From NCBI GenBank assembly GCA_965113315.1, contig OZ220365.1: a DNA stretch of 64,000 nucleotides. The stretch is one strand, 5' to 3'. How positions within the stretch are numbered: the stretch's first letter is position 1; each line of letters opens with the position of its first letter. The notes beneath the pieces are model-generated. The model was not told the origin of the DNA, did not search any database, and saw nothing but the letters and a program-made list of their open reading frames with translations. Both the position numbers and the translations under genes were made by a program. Below are positions 38,346 through 49,933 of this stretch, piece by piece. Source of the stretch: Podarcis vaucheri (Eukaryota).

Positions 38346-39644
38346 TAGATCAATTCTTAATATGGCCTAGCGTTACCAGGCGTACAAATTTGTATTCCGA
38401 AACCAGGTCATTATGAACTTGGACACCATCACAACTTCCTCCATGTCACCATCGCAGGCATTTGTGAGCCCTGGGAAAGGTGCAAGCAAGCCCAACATCG
38501 TGTGAATGAAATTCACCAGGGATGCTGCCTTGCATTTCACATCTATTTTAGTGAAGGGGGAAATGGGATTGGGTGGGAGGTCCGGAGATGATGTTGCTTG
38601 GCTTGACGAAGTGTGAGACATCTTAATAATGGCGTCATTAACTAATGAGAAGAAAAGGGAACGAGTGAGTCATTTTCATTTTAGGTAGTTTGTCTTTCTT
38701 TCTTACTGTGTGTGGGAAATGACAAAATTACCAAATGAATGCAAGTCCATTATGTATCCAAAGACTTATATTGAGGGATTGTGTACCTTCTTTTCTTCAG
38801 CAAGCTGGCAGATGTGTATGTGCATAGCTACTCCAGGCCATTTTTGCTCACTTCTCTTTCGCCTGCCTTACTTTGACCGTGAGACACGTGTTGTCCTAGC
38901 TCTTCACTTTTACAGTGCTCTGAAATAGGGGGAAAACAAGTGGGACTTGCGACAGAGGGAGGGATTCAATGTAGCACTGTGGCAATTAGTCCCTCAGCAC
39001 AAGCGCTGCAACTTGACAGATAAAACAATTACCCCCCTCCTCCCCTTGCACACTGTTCTGGGTGTTCTCCCACCTTCCAAGAGGCCTTTTGTGTGGTGTA
39101 AGGGGGTGGAGAGGGGGCAAAGCCCCATTGCACTAGTGGAAGTCCTTGTGTGGACTTTTGCTAGTAGGACTCACCAACTGAACCCTAATCTAATGCTAGC
39201 ATGTGAGTGTCATTCCTTTCCCCTCATTCTGAATTCCATTTCTCTCTTCCCCTCAAAAAAGAAAGAAAGTCAGAATTGCATACCTACTGATCACATTCAG
39301 TTTTCATTGGGATGTTGGGGGGCTTTTCCTTCTAAGAGTTAGCTTTCTAAAGATTTTTGTACTTCCACAAACGCTGGGTATTCTTTCAGGCCTGTTTAGA
39401 CCTCCCCTCTGGTGGCGGAGTTAGTGCCATTTTGATCACATAAGGATTAACACTCAAATGAGTCAAGTTTCCTGTTAGTATATGTGATATGTTCTAGCAT
39501 CAAAATCACTGGCCCCAGCCTAGCTAGCAGAGGCCCCAGATGGGAGATGCACACCTTAGTATGTGAGAGTAATGGAGACCAAAGGAGCGCCAAAATGTAC
39601 AACTCCAACTGCTGTATGCATGGGTCTGTTCAGCATGTATGGGA

Positions 39645-39850
39645 GGAAGTAAGAAGAGCCCAGCTGGACCATGCCAAAGCCCGTCTAGTCCAGTATACTG
39701 TTCTCATGGAGGCCAACCAGATGCCTTTGGGAAACTTGCAAGCAGGCCCTGAGTGCAGTACAACTTTCCCACTCATGGTCCTCAACAGCTGGCATGCTTC
39801 CTCCAATATTGCAGGTAACATATAGCCATTACAACTAGTAGCCCCAGAAA
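39645..39850 (-). mobile_element. old CR1-type 3' UTR fragment (similar fragment at ~40625-40745)
   Basis: Both loci share GTAAGAA.AG..C..CTG.A....CAA....CC..C.AGTCCAG.AT.CTG.T..CA...G.CCA..CAGATGCC. Confidence 0.55.
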
Positions 39851-40090
39851 GTCTTATAAAATAAGAGCGATTCCTTTGTTTTTATCCTATGCATTTGCCA
39901 AAAGGCACTGGCTATTCAAAAGCCTTGAAACTGAAGGGTACTTTGATTTTGAACAAATCTCAAAAGCGTGCTCTCAAAAACCAGTGTCTGCCACAAGCTG
40001 GATCTCTTTGTTAAATTCTACTAAATCAGAAAGGTGTATCAGCCAGCCAGGAACAGCAGCCATTGTCCCAAATGAGACAAAAGAGAAGTA

Positions 40091-40095
<5 letters not shown>

Positions 40096-40137
<42 letters not shown>
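40096..40137. repeat. (GA)n microsatellite
   Basis: Seen directly. Confidence 0.97.
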
Positions 40138-40142
<5 letters not shown>

Positions 40143-41059
40143 CATGAACGGCTTCATGCTTATATATTGTAATTATCATAATTTAATTTTGAATAACTCC
40201 TAGCACTTTCATCTTGCTTTGTAGGATTTGGTTGCTCAAGTGTCACAAGCGCTTCTTGAATGGAAGATTTCTGTATTGTTTTCTGAACCTTTTAAAGGTT
40301 TTACTACATTTTATAAATGTCTCTAATTTCTCTGGGGGCTGTGAAATATCTTACTCAGGAGCCACTCATCTAGTAAGCATTTTTTTAAAAAAAGAGAAAG
40401 AAAAAAGAAAAGAAAAATTAAAGTGGGGGATGAATAGCAGGAAGCTGTCTGGTTCCCCACATCCTCCTGTAGTGGAGTGAACTGATAGAGCGGATGGGTG
40501 GTAGTCAGTGCTAGTTCTACTCAAACCCATTGAAGTCAATATACATGACTAACTTAGATTTCTGAATTTCAACAATGCAATGCCTTCTTTTAGTAACAGA
40601 GGTGCACAAAGTCATGCACCTAATGTAAGAAAAGTCTTCTCTGAGAAGATCAAGTGGCCACCCCAGTCCAGCATTCTGCTTTCCACAATGACCAGACAGA
40701 TGCCTCCAGAAGTATTTAGAGGCAGCCTGCCTCTGAATATGGCAGCCCAGAGGAGCCTTTCTAAAGCAAGGGAACAGGCTGCCCCACCTCATCAAGCCAT
40801 CCCAACTGAGCTGGACAAGCAAACTTCCTCTGCCAGTGATATTGAGGCCACCCAATTCTTTGAATTGGTGTGTTGTCAACTACCTGGATCTCCTTCCTTA
40901 GATCCCTGGCACTGAAAAGACATTGAGTGTTTTGCCAAGCAAGCTTCACCAGGAAAGACCATCTCTGAGTCACCACAACTCTCCTTAGGGCCTTCTCCTT
41001 AGTCAGCACCTGCTTAGCCTCAGGTACTGAGGGAGTGGGGAGCTGGAGGGTGGGTCACT

Positions 41060-42110
41060 GAAAGGTTCAGGCAGGATCATGTGGAAAAGGTTGGTCCTTC
41101 TAATAGCTGAGTTCCAAGACATTTGGACCTTCATGGGTAATGACCAGCACTTCGAATTTTGCCTAGAGACACTAGAACCAGTGTAACTGTTTAAGAACTG
41201 GTGATATCCATTCAATGTGACTGGTTCTAGCTTAGCCCTACGCTGTGTACCAACTGATGATTCCAAGAAATCTTCAAAGGCAGCTCCAATGTATTGCAGC
41301 AGTCCAGCCTCAAAGTTCCAAGCCCATGGATAACAGTGACCAGACTATTACTGCGAGAAGGGATGTAACCAGAGGCAGCAGCCTAAGAAGATAAAAGACA
41401 TTGTGTGCTGTGGAAATGGCTTGGTTCCATCTTATGTGGGATTCAACAGCAGCCATAAGCTACAAAAGCTGAGCCTTCAAGGCAACCTCATCCATAACAG
41501 CATGGCTACCACACACCCTCTGCCGGCCAGGTGAACCACCTTTCACCAGGGCATCTGACTTACCTAGAATCAACTTCCTTTTGCTGGCCCTCTTCCCATC
41601 CATTACAGCTTCTACACACCGATTCCTCACTCTCCATCAACTCAGCAGTTACATGTAGAAGAAGAAGAGTTTGGATTTGATATCCCGCTTTATCACTACC
41701 CGAAAGAGTCTCAAAGGGCCTAACATTCTCCTTTCCCTTCCTCCCCCACAACAAACACTCTGTGAGGTGAGTGGGGCTGAGAGACTTCAGAGAAGTGTGA
41801 CTAGCCCAAGGTCACCCAGCAGCTGCATGTGGAGGAGCAGAGACGCAAACCCGGTTCCCCAGATTACGAGTCTACTGCTCTTAACCACTATACCACACTG
41901 GCTAGATGTTAAATAACATGGTCCCACTGCATTAATGTTATAGAGCTGAGCTGTAGGCCTCTTAGCATCACCTTCTAGAACAGGCCATCCAGATAGAAGT
42001 GGAACCACTGCAATATAGTACGGTGCCTCTAGTCTCCAACAAGGATGGCCTATCCAGAATAATACCATAGTTGATGGTATCAAAAACCACAGGAGAATCA
42101 GCACATTGTG
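41060..42110 (-). pseudogene. decayed L2 LINE ORF2, interrupted by a SINE
   Basis: Minus-strand remnants of FDTIN.GI (~42060-42085), RLDYCN..GLPLK (~41270-41312) and HW..V...KFEVLVITH (~41130-41185). Confidence 0.65.
41657..41903 (-). mobile_element. tRNA-derived CORE/MIR-like SINE (Squam3-like)
   Basis: Near-identical to 17147-17395. Confidence 0.92.
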
Positions 42111-43528
42111 GCTATACTTGTCTTTCTCCTGACCATAATCTCATCACAAACAGACATATACACCTTGCTAAAATAGCAGAACTATTTAAGGCATGAGGCC
42201 TGAAGTTTGCATTTGTTTTAGGCTTATGTGTGAAATTGGATGCTACATTTTAGGTTCTGTCTAGGATTCTTCCCTTTCCCGTTGACTGTTGGAAAATTCT
42301 ATTCCACCTTTAGTTATAAGACATGGAACTGTTGCGTGTCACATGTCTGTTTACATTCCAGCACAGTCTGCTGGGAACTTCCATTGTGTGTATAGCTTTT
42401 GTTTTTCTCTGTCTCTCTGAGAAGACAGAGAAAGAGAAGACATGTTTCTTTGTCCTGAAACAATAAATCTGTAGTTGTAGTATGCTTCCATAAGCCTCAC
42501 GCCTATTCTGTGTGTGCAGTTCGCTCTGCTGACATAGTGTGCCCTGGTTTTGAAGCCTGGGTTGCTGATTTACATCAGAGCAGAGGCCAATGGGTCTTCA
42601 CAGCGGGACGGCTGGAAAGAGATGACCCAGCTGGGGGTAGCCAGCTGGCCTTGTGGCCCTCTGTATGTCGACATTGACTACAGTGTTGTAGATGTTGACC
42701 TTCAGTGAGGTCAGATTGACTACCATGTTGAGATTTTGCTAGGTTGTTTTAATATTGGAGGATAAATCAGGGATAACCACTTAGGGTATTTTTCAAGCAC
42801 AATATGTTTTTGGAAGGTGCTCAAATCCAGCTTACCTTAGCCACAGGTAATTAAATCTTCATGCAGCCATTTCCGCAGCTTCTCTTTAATCACTGCCTTC
42901 ATTCCATTGCCAAGAATCCTTTCCAACCTCCTTGCTCATATGCCTCTGCTTTCAGTCAAATGCCAGCAGCCTCTCCTGCACTGTCCTCTTCTGTTTTCTC
43001 TTGGGAAATCCAGAGTCATTAGCTTTGAGATCACAGAATGTTAATTTTTTTCAATGACAGATTAGTTCCCAGCTGGATATCGAAGACTTGCATGTTAAAG
43101 ACAGGCAGTCCATGCTGAGTATTTATTTTGTATTCAACAAGAAGAGGAGAGAGGATAATCTGTTTAGGCACAGGTGGGTTTACTTCATCTTCAATGCAAT
43201 CCTTGAAAAGGTTTAGTGTGTTTAAGTGCTTATGTTGATTTCATTGGGTCTTATTTAAATGTATTTGAAAGGTGAAACCATCCTGGTATGCTGTCCTGCA
43301 CTGTGAATTAACTGGGGCTTGTAAAACTACAATTTCCCATATCCAGAGGAAATGGGAAGCTGCAGTTGGTAACAAACTATATCTAGACACTTTAAATCTC
43401 CTCTGTGTTTGAAGAGGGGAGGAAGACAAAGCTAGCCTGAGGCTTGCTGCAGCACATCCTCATAATGCTAAATGGTTATATATAATTATGTCAGACAGCA
43501 GCCAATGTCTGATGAAAATATAAATATG

Positions 43529-43936
43529 TGTGATGGGATGATGAGCTGCTTGTGCGTAAAATCGTAGTCCCTCAGAGTTTGTTCAAGTCCACAAACCTCT
43601 GTCTGTGACGGAGCCCCTCAGACATGGCTGCTCTAGTCACTTGCAGATTCCGACAGTGGCTGCTTTCGGAATCGCTTCCAACATAAAAGCTCCTTAACGG
43701 AAACACGTCTTCTGGACTCACGGAGTGACAGTTTCCGGCGAGGAGTGGGTCTCCCTATGGGAGGTCCAGAAACCTCCCCACTGTTCTCGCTGGGCGTGTC
43801 CCTGAGCCCTCCCTCTTGCTCGCTTTCCCTCAGAGACCCACCTCTCCCCCTGCTGGTTCCTGCTTCTGCTGCTGGGTCTCTCCCAGCCTCCGTGAGCCCT
43901 TCCACCACCTGTTCCTCCGATGGCAGTTCCCTGACA
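43529..43936 (-). mobile_element. solo LTR (408 bp) carrying an open reading frame
   Basis: TGTGA...TGACA ends; perfect 5-bp TSD ATATG at 43524-43528 and 43937-43941; CpG-rich. Confidence 0.88.
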
Positions 43937-44460
43937 ATATGCTTTCCATCAATGCTGTTGTATCATCACATGGTACAGTAGCCAATCATGTGAAGTGGAA
44001 ATAAAAAGCACAAGTGTCAGTTAGTTCACAACATGAGAAAAACCTTTGTGTGATTTGTATGTTCAATAGCATGCTGTTCTAGTGTTGAGAATTATGTAAG
44101 ACAGCTTCAGAACTTTTCACAGCTGTCTGAAGTTCTGCTGAGAACAGCTTATGCTCCCATTTACAGATATTCAAACTAGGTCCAGGAAAATGAATTATGT
44201 TTGATAGAGTTGTGGTCAGTGGCAGATCTACATTTGGGGGGCCCTGAAACTTGAATTGTGGAGGCCCCTTCGCAACCAGCAATGAGGTCTGGGTAATGAC
44301 TGTTATCTTATTGTGTGGGTTTGTTCCACAACAGAGCACCACATTTTTGAAAAAATAGCTGCTACCTCTGATTTTGATTAAAATTGTTGCACTGGATTAT
44401 CTCACATGTCAAAGTCGCTGGTGTGAATAAAAATTTCCTATGCCTTATAGTTTTCGAGTT

Positions 44461-44719
44461 GAAGAAGAAGAAGAAGAGTAGTAGTTTGGATTTGATATCC
44501 CGCTTTATCACTACCCGAAGGAGTCTCAAAGTGGCTAACATTCTCCTTTCCCTTCCTCCCCCACAACAAACACTCTGTGAGGTGAGTGGGACTGAGAGAC
44601 TTCAGAGAAGTGTGACTAGCCCAAGGTCACCCAGCAGCTGCATGTGGAGGAGCGGAGACGCGAACCCAGTTCACCAGATTACGAGTCTACTGCTCTTAAC
44701 CACTACACCACACTGGCTC
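44461..44719 (-). mobile_element. tRNA-derived CORE/MIR-like SINE (Squam3-like)
   Basis: Near-identical to the other three copies; (TTC)n tail. Confidence 0.92.
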
Positions 44720-44834
44720 AGTTGATAGAGCATGAGACTCTTAATCTTAGGGTCATGGGTTCAAGTCCCACACGGGGACAAATAGTCAGACTAGATGATC
44801 CTTGTGGTCCCTTCCAACTATTCTGTCATTCTAT
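44716..44834 (+). mobile_element. tRNA-Lys(CTT)-derived SINE with CR1 3' tail
   Basis: GCTCAGTTGATAGAGCATGAGACTCTTAATCTTAGGGTCATGGGTTCAAGTCCCAC matches tRNA-Lys-CTT. It is followed by the CR1 tail GACTAGATGATCCTTGTGGTCCCTTCCAACT. Confidence 0.85.
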
Positions 44835-45778
44835 TGTGGGGGGTGAAAATTAGGGAAATGTTTTTACAAAGTCACTTAAGCCCTGAAGCTGAAGCTTCAT
44901 TAGTTTCATAGTAGATCCGCCCCGGTTGCGGTTCGTGTTCTTCATAGTTTATAGATCACATTTTAAATTCAGCCATGGCTTATATAGCATTCTGCACTCG
45001 CTCTTTGAAGGAAAAGTTCTCCAAATAAGCTATGTCATTGCTGGAGCCTTCAGGATTTCTAATCAAATCTTGTAATGTTTTCAATTTATACCTCCCTCAA
45101 GCCGCTAGATATGGTTTATGACCTATCAGCCCTTCAGAGAGAGGTAGCTCATTTACTCAGCGCTGACTCTTCCTTCTCCTGACCAAAACTCATAATCATT
45201 TATCATTAAACAGAAAATTATTATCAAAGTGTATCTTTTCTGTATTGTGAAGGAACTTGTTTTAAAATGGAGAGTGTCCAGCATTAACCGTTTCTGTGCC
45301 TCACAAGTCAGCATGATACCTGAATACTTCATTAATATTTGCCTTAAGGAATTTTTGTCATAGATATACATGTACTTAAAATGGCATAGCAAAATATTGC
45401 TAGAGTCGCTTTTCACATTACATTTTGGGCATATGGGCCAGCTTTCTGAGAGTCACATAAGAGTCTATGAAAATGTGTATCATTTGAGGGAGAAGACTAG
45501 TTTTGCTTAAGTAATGGTGGTTTGATTTTTAAGAATTTATATAGATAGCAGCAGCATGCTTAGCTTTCTGACATCAGTGCTCCTAAACACCAGTGCTTCC
45601 AAAGTAGTACAGGAGTTCCCTAGTCTGTGAGAGCCAGACACAGAAACAACATTTCTGAAATAATGCCTTCTTCTCCTGTATCATCCTACCTGGATGAGAC
45701 TCTCCCTTCCAACTCTACAGTTCTATGATTCTATATACCTTCTAATTATGTTATAAATTGTATGAGGGAAAAAATTAT

Positions 45779-45923
45779 AGATAGGTAGCCGTGTTGGTCT
45801 GCCATAGTAAAAAAAAAAAAATCCTTCCAGTGTATCTGAAGAAGTGTGCATGCACACAAAAGCTCATACCAAGAACTAACTTAGTTGGTCTTTAAGGTGC
45901 TACTGGAAGGAATTTTTTTATTT
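45779..45923. mobile_element. short Penelope-like insert, internally inverted, with a mutated hammerhead (45832-45869, + strand)
   Basis: 12-bp TSD GGAAAAAATTAT at 45767-45778 and 45924-45935. Same sequence as 2031-2163 but with the 5' part inverted; GAAA changed to AAAA at 45858. Confidence 0.82.
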
Positions 45924-45969
45924 GGAAAAAATTATGTTCCTGCTTATGATGTATCATGTTTTATATTAC

Positions 45970-45970
45970 T

Positions 45971-46005
<35 letters not shown>
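45970..46005. repeat. (TTTA)n microsatellite
   Basis: Seen directly. Confidence 0.95.
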
Positions 46006-46006
<1 letters not shown>

Positions 46007-47156
46007 GACCTTTATATATACTGCCTAAATATCTTATTTCTAAGCAATGTACATAAAAACAATCTACAGAAAATTCTGTAAACTATCCTGTGGCCATTTT
46101 TGGTGAAAGGCGGTATAGAACTACAGAACCAAATAAACTTGTGCGGCTTTTCAGGACCAGGGACAGCTCCCAGTGAGCCATTGTGGTCCAGCAAAGCATA
46201 ATGTGTCAGCCCTTTTTTCTTTACTTTTCATTAACCACATTTGTAAAGGTGACAACACTAAAGCATTGCTATTTTGTTTTTCACTTCCAGTTCAATTGTT
46301 TCCCCATTCTTCAGCCCACCAGTGTCAACTGCTAATGCTAACCTGTCACCATTTCATTACTGTGACACTTTATTCTTCATAAATCTTTACCTGGACAAGC
46401 ACACAGAGTCATTTTCCTGTCATTCTAAGTCTTATCAATGCTGCATGTTAAAACAAATCATCCCAATGGCAACACACTCAACTCCCAGGAGTCAAGAGAG
46501 TTGCACACAAACTTTTTAGATGTTCTTTAGAGCAAATTGGGGAAACAAAAAACATCGCCTGAGTAATGTGCAAAAGCATATTAGGATGAACAAAATTCAG
46601 CAGATGGCTTCTGTTTACAAAGGATCTCAAGAGTAATTTTGTGTTGTTGTTGTTTTCTATCATGAAACGGGACTTGAAATATTCTTCCACACTAGGCATT
46701 TACTGTGGAATAGCCACACTATATTCATTCAGGTTTTTTTGTGGGGGTGTGGGGATCATTATCCAAACATCTCCCTAATGCTTTCGCTGTTCAGATTCCC
46801 AGATATTTCTATGTACTGCATCCTTCAATCCACTTTAGCAAGAAACATTATAAAAGAAACATTCCAAACTGGCAAAAGTGTGGAGTACAACTGGTACATT
46901 TGTCTTGTGAGCTGACAGTTCCCCCCATACATAAAACCCAAAGGTTATGCCCAGTGTTAGCTGTATTTTGAGGTTTTCAAGGAATATAATCATGTGCTAA
47001 GAAAGAAGGTCAGATTAGAGAAATCACTGGATCCCTTATTCTCATTGTTTTAATCATCACCTCTAGTGGAATATTTTAAGTCAGAGGTAGGGAACATTTC
47101 TGAGCTTGAGGGCTTCATGCTTTCTATGCACTCTACATTTTAATCTTATAAGCATA

Positions 47157-47401
47157 CAGTGGTTGTAAATCGGGTTACAAACACCTTGGGTTACAAACAC
47201 TTTGGGTTACAAACTCCGCTAACCTGGAATTAGTATCTTGGGTTAAGAACTTTGCCCCAGGATGAGAACAGAAATCGTGCGCCGGTGGCGCAGCGGCAGT
47301 GGGAGGCCCCATTAGCTAAAGTGGTACCTCAGGTTAAGAACAGTTTCAGGTTAAGAATGGACCTCCAGAACAAATTAAGTTCGTAACCCAAGGTACCACT
47401 G
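47157..47401. mobile_element. Tc1/mariner (Tigger-like) MITE
   Basis: TA-CAGTGGT...ACCACTG-TA; repeated internal GGGTTACAAAC/GGTTAAGAA motifs. Confidence 0.85.
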
Positions 47402-47867
47402 TATAGTATATGGTATTATTTATTTGGTTTTGAAGAAAACCGGTGATCTTTTAATTATTTGAGTAACTGTAAAGAAAGATGCTAACACACACACAAATTT
47501 AGCAGCTTATACAGGTAACATGTCTGAAATTATTTCCTGCAGTATGGGTACTAGAGAGATAATTGTTTCCAGATATGGTTCTATACCTTGCTGTGTTGCT
47601 TTTATTCTTAGTTCCTAGTCAAGTAAGCACAGTCAGCCTGTTCTCTTAAGCAAACTTCAAACAGACATGCTGGATTGTCATGCTGTCCCAGAAGTCTTGG
47701 CATGAATACATTGCATTCATTATGGTGCCTGTTATCACTCTGAAGCAGCTGTTGACATCACAAAATGAAAGCAAGTTGCTCTTCAGGGAATACTGAGCAC
47801 AGGGATGACATCTATTCCCTAGTTCATGGTAGAAGTTTGTGCATTTGTGTGTGTGAATTCAGCACAG

Positions 47868-47869
<2 letters not shown>

Positions 47870-47905
<36 letters not shown>

Positions 47906-47922
47906 TGTGTATGTGTGTGTGT
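47870..47922. repeat. (CT)n-(TG)n compound microsatellite
   Basis: Seen directly. Confidence 0.95.
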
Positions 47923-49408
47923 CTACCACACTATCAAGACTGAGACACTGTGGGGGGCACAATCATGCCATAAGATAGGGACCCTGAAATCCAAAGAGCT
48001 CCTTCATGCACGCTGAGGAACCTAGGTCTGCCTCTATAATTTGCTACCTCTCCCCTCAAATGCCAAATCACAGACTCATTTTCTAAAGATGTTTGCCAAA
48101 TGGCACTTGGCATTACTGCTTGAGAAAGACAAGTTCCTTAGGCACATAGAACTAATCACATTGTACTTTGGATCCAGCCTGGAGGATCACCAAGTCCAGC
48201 CCTACCATTGGGCAGAGTGAAGCAGCCATCCCAGGCATTGGTTGCTGGTGGAGGCAGGCAGCAAAGTTAAATATTTGAAGAATAGTGGTGAGATGCTGGA
48301 GGACAGAGCTGTCTGTGCCATGCAGCATCCCATTCACCCGGTAAACTACCCCGTTGTCCTTAGTAACAGCGAAGGATGCTGTCCGTTGAAGTTGGCTTCT
48401 GTATATGCCATGGCAGGGTGCCATCTTGTCCTTTGTCATAGGTCAGTCCTGAGGAACGCATGCATTTGTTTGTTTGTTTACAAATGTTTCTCTGCCACCC
48501 TTCAGTAAGGATTCTCAGTAAACACATACAATATTGTGAAAATAAAACAGCAGAAGCAGCAATTAAAACATGCAATTAATCAGAATGGATAAAACCAAAA
48601 GCTAGTTCAACTTAGATTACACACCAAAGGTCTTTTTCTGACACTGAAATCACATTCAATTTGGCACCAGGCAAGCCTCTTTGCAGCAAGCATTCCACAG
48701 ACCAGGCAACACATAGAATCTGCAGGAAAAGTACAACAAGCTACAACATGAAATAGGTGGTTTAATCTTCTTCCCCTTTTGTCCTCCCCACCCCACCCTT
48801 TGACTCTTTCATCATAGCCATCGGAAATGCTAAATATATTCAGATGTTGCACACAAATATCATACGTATACATGGCAAGAGTTCAAATGATTACCACTCA
48901 CCCCCAAATACATTTGCTAGTTGCATGCTGGATGCAATTGGTTGTCTTTTTATTAAGAAATATTAAGATATTTTCTTAAGAATTTCCAACTGGGAGGGGT
49001 AGAAAACAAGACAGAGAGCAATTGAAGACCTTCACAAAGCCATGCATGTTTTACATGCATATGTTCTGAGTTTTCAGAACTCTGACGTCTCCAGACATTT
49101 TGCATCAAATCTATGATTGCTGTAAACAGTCATCTACTGCCTGACTGAAGTGAAAGATTGATAGATTTTTTAAAAAAAAAATGTACCTTGAACAAAAAGC
49201 AAGCATTTCAAGGGGCTGATAATTCATTGGATAATTAAATACAGTTGCAGGAAAAAATGGATTTGCTTTCTCTGAATAGATGAAGACTTAAACATAACTA
49301 TTTAGATTGGGCAGTTGTTTCCTTATGATCTCATTCCTAATGCATGTTAGTCCCTTTAGTGTTTAGTGGACAAACTGTCACCTCAGACCTTCAGAAGTCA
49401 TAAACTAG

Positions 49409-49933
49409 TTCGAGACCTGGGAGAAGAGACGGTGGAGGAGGACTGGAAGAAATTTAAAGACTATATACAAAAACATCATAAGCTGTATGAATGCTAAGAG
49501 AATGCATGATAGAAAACAACATGGCATCAGTAACTTAGTTGTAAGATGTATGATTAAGTGATGTTTAAGAAAATGGTGGAATCTGAGGTAATATTATGCT
49601 TAAGTTAACCAGTTTAGTATATGATAAAAATATTGAAAATTGGGGACATAATATTCGAGAACTACAAAATAAGATTTGAAATAAGGTAATAATTTGCTGC
49701 TTGTAACTATATTGCTGAGAACGCAGGAAAGGGTGATGTGAGGAAGTCCAAAGGTTATGAGAATATGATTAACGGATAAATGGATCTTGATGTATCTTAT
49801 TCTTTATTCATTCTTTGTTTACTTTTTAAATCTTTTCTGTTTTATTTTGTTTTGTTTTATGGTGATGGTATTGTATATGTTTGTTGGTTTGTTCTGTGTT
49901 TAAAAAATGCAATAAATAATAATAATAAAAAAA
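49409..49933 (+). mobile_element. 5'-truncated L1 (related to 7383-8499)
   Basis: 17-bp TSD CAGAAGTCATAAACTAG at 49392-49408 and 49934-49950. Encodes RDLGEETVEEDWKKFKDYIQKHHKLYEC*, versus RDLGEVVMEEDWKKFKDYLQKYYKLYES* in the other copy. AATAAA plus A-rich tail. Confidence 0.92.

Noticed and set aside
38373-38621. Possible host exon (similar candidates at ~30530-30660 and ~50512-50610)
   Set aside because: No recognisable protein motif and no consistent splice-site or frame chain. A short or divergent exon cannot be excluded without RNA-seq.
42241-42575. Additional solo LTR (similar candidate at ~14400-14990)
   Set aside because: LTR-like composition and a polyA signal are present, but I could not define convincing termini with a matching TSD.
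44716-44777. Functional tRNA-Lys(CTT) gene
   Set aside because: The 5' acceptor stem is missing, there are several CpG-decay substitutions, and it is fused to a CR1 tail, so it is a SINE head.
47176-47220. CRISPR-like short direct repeats (GGGTTACAAAC x3)
   Set aside because: Subterminal repeats inside a TA-flanked mariner MITE in a vertebrate genome; no spacers and no cas genes.
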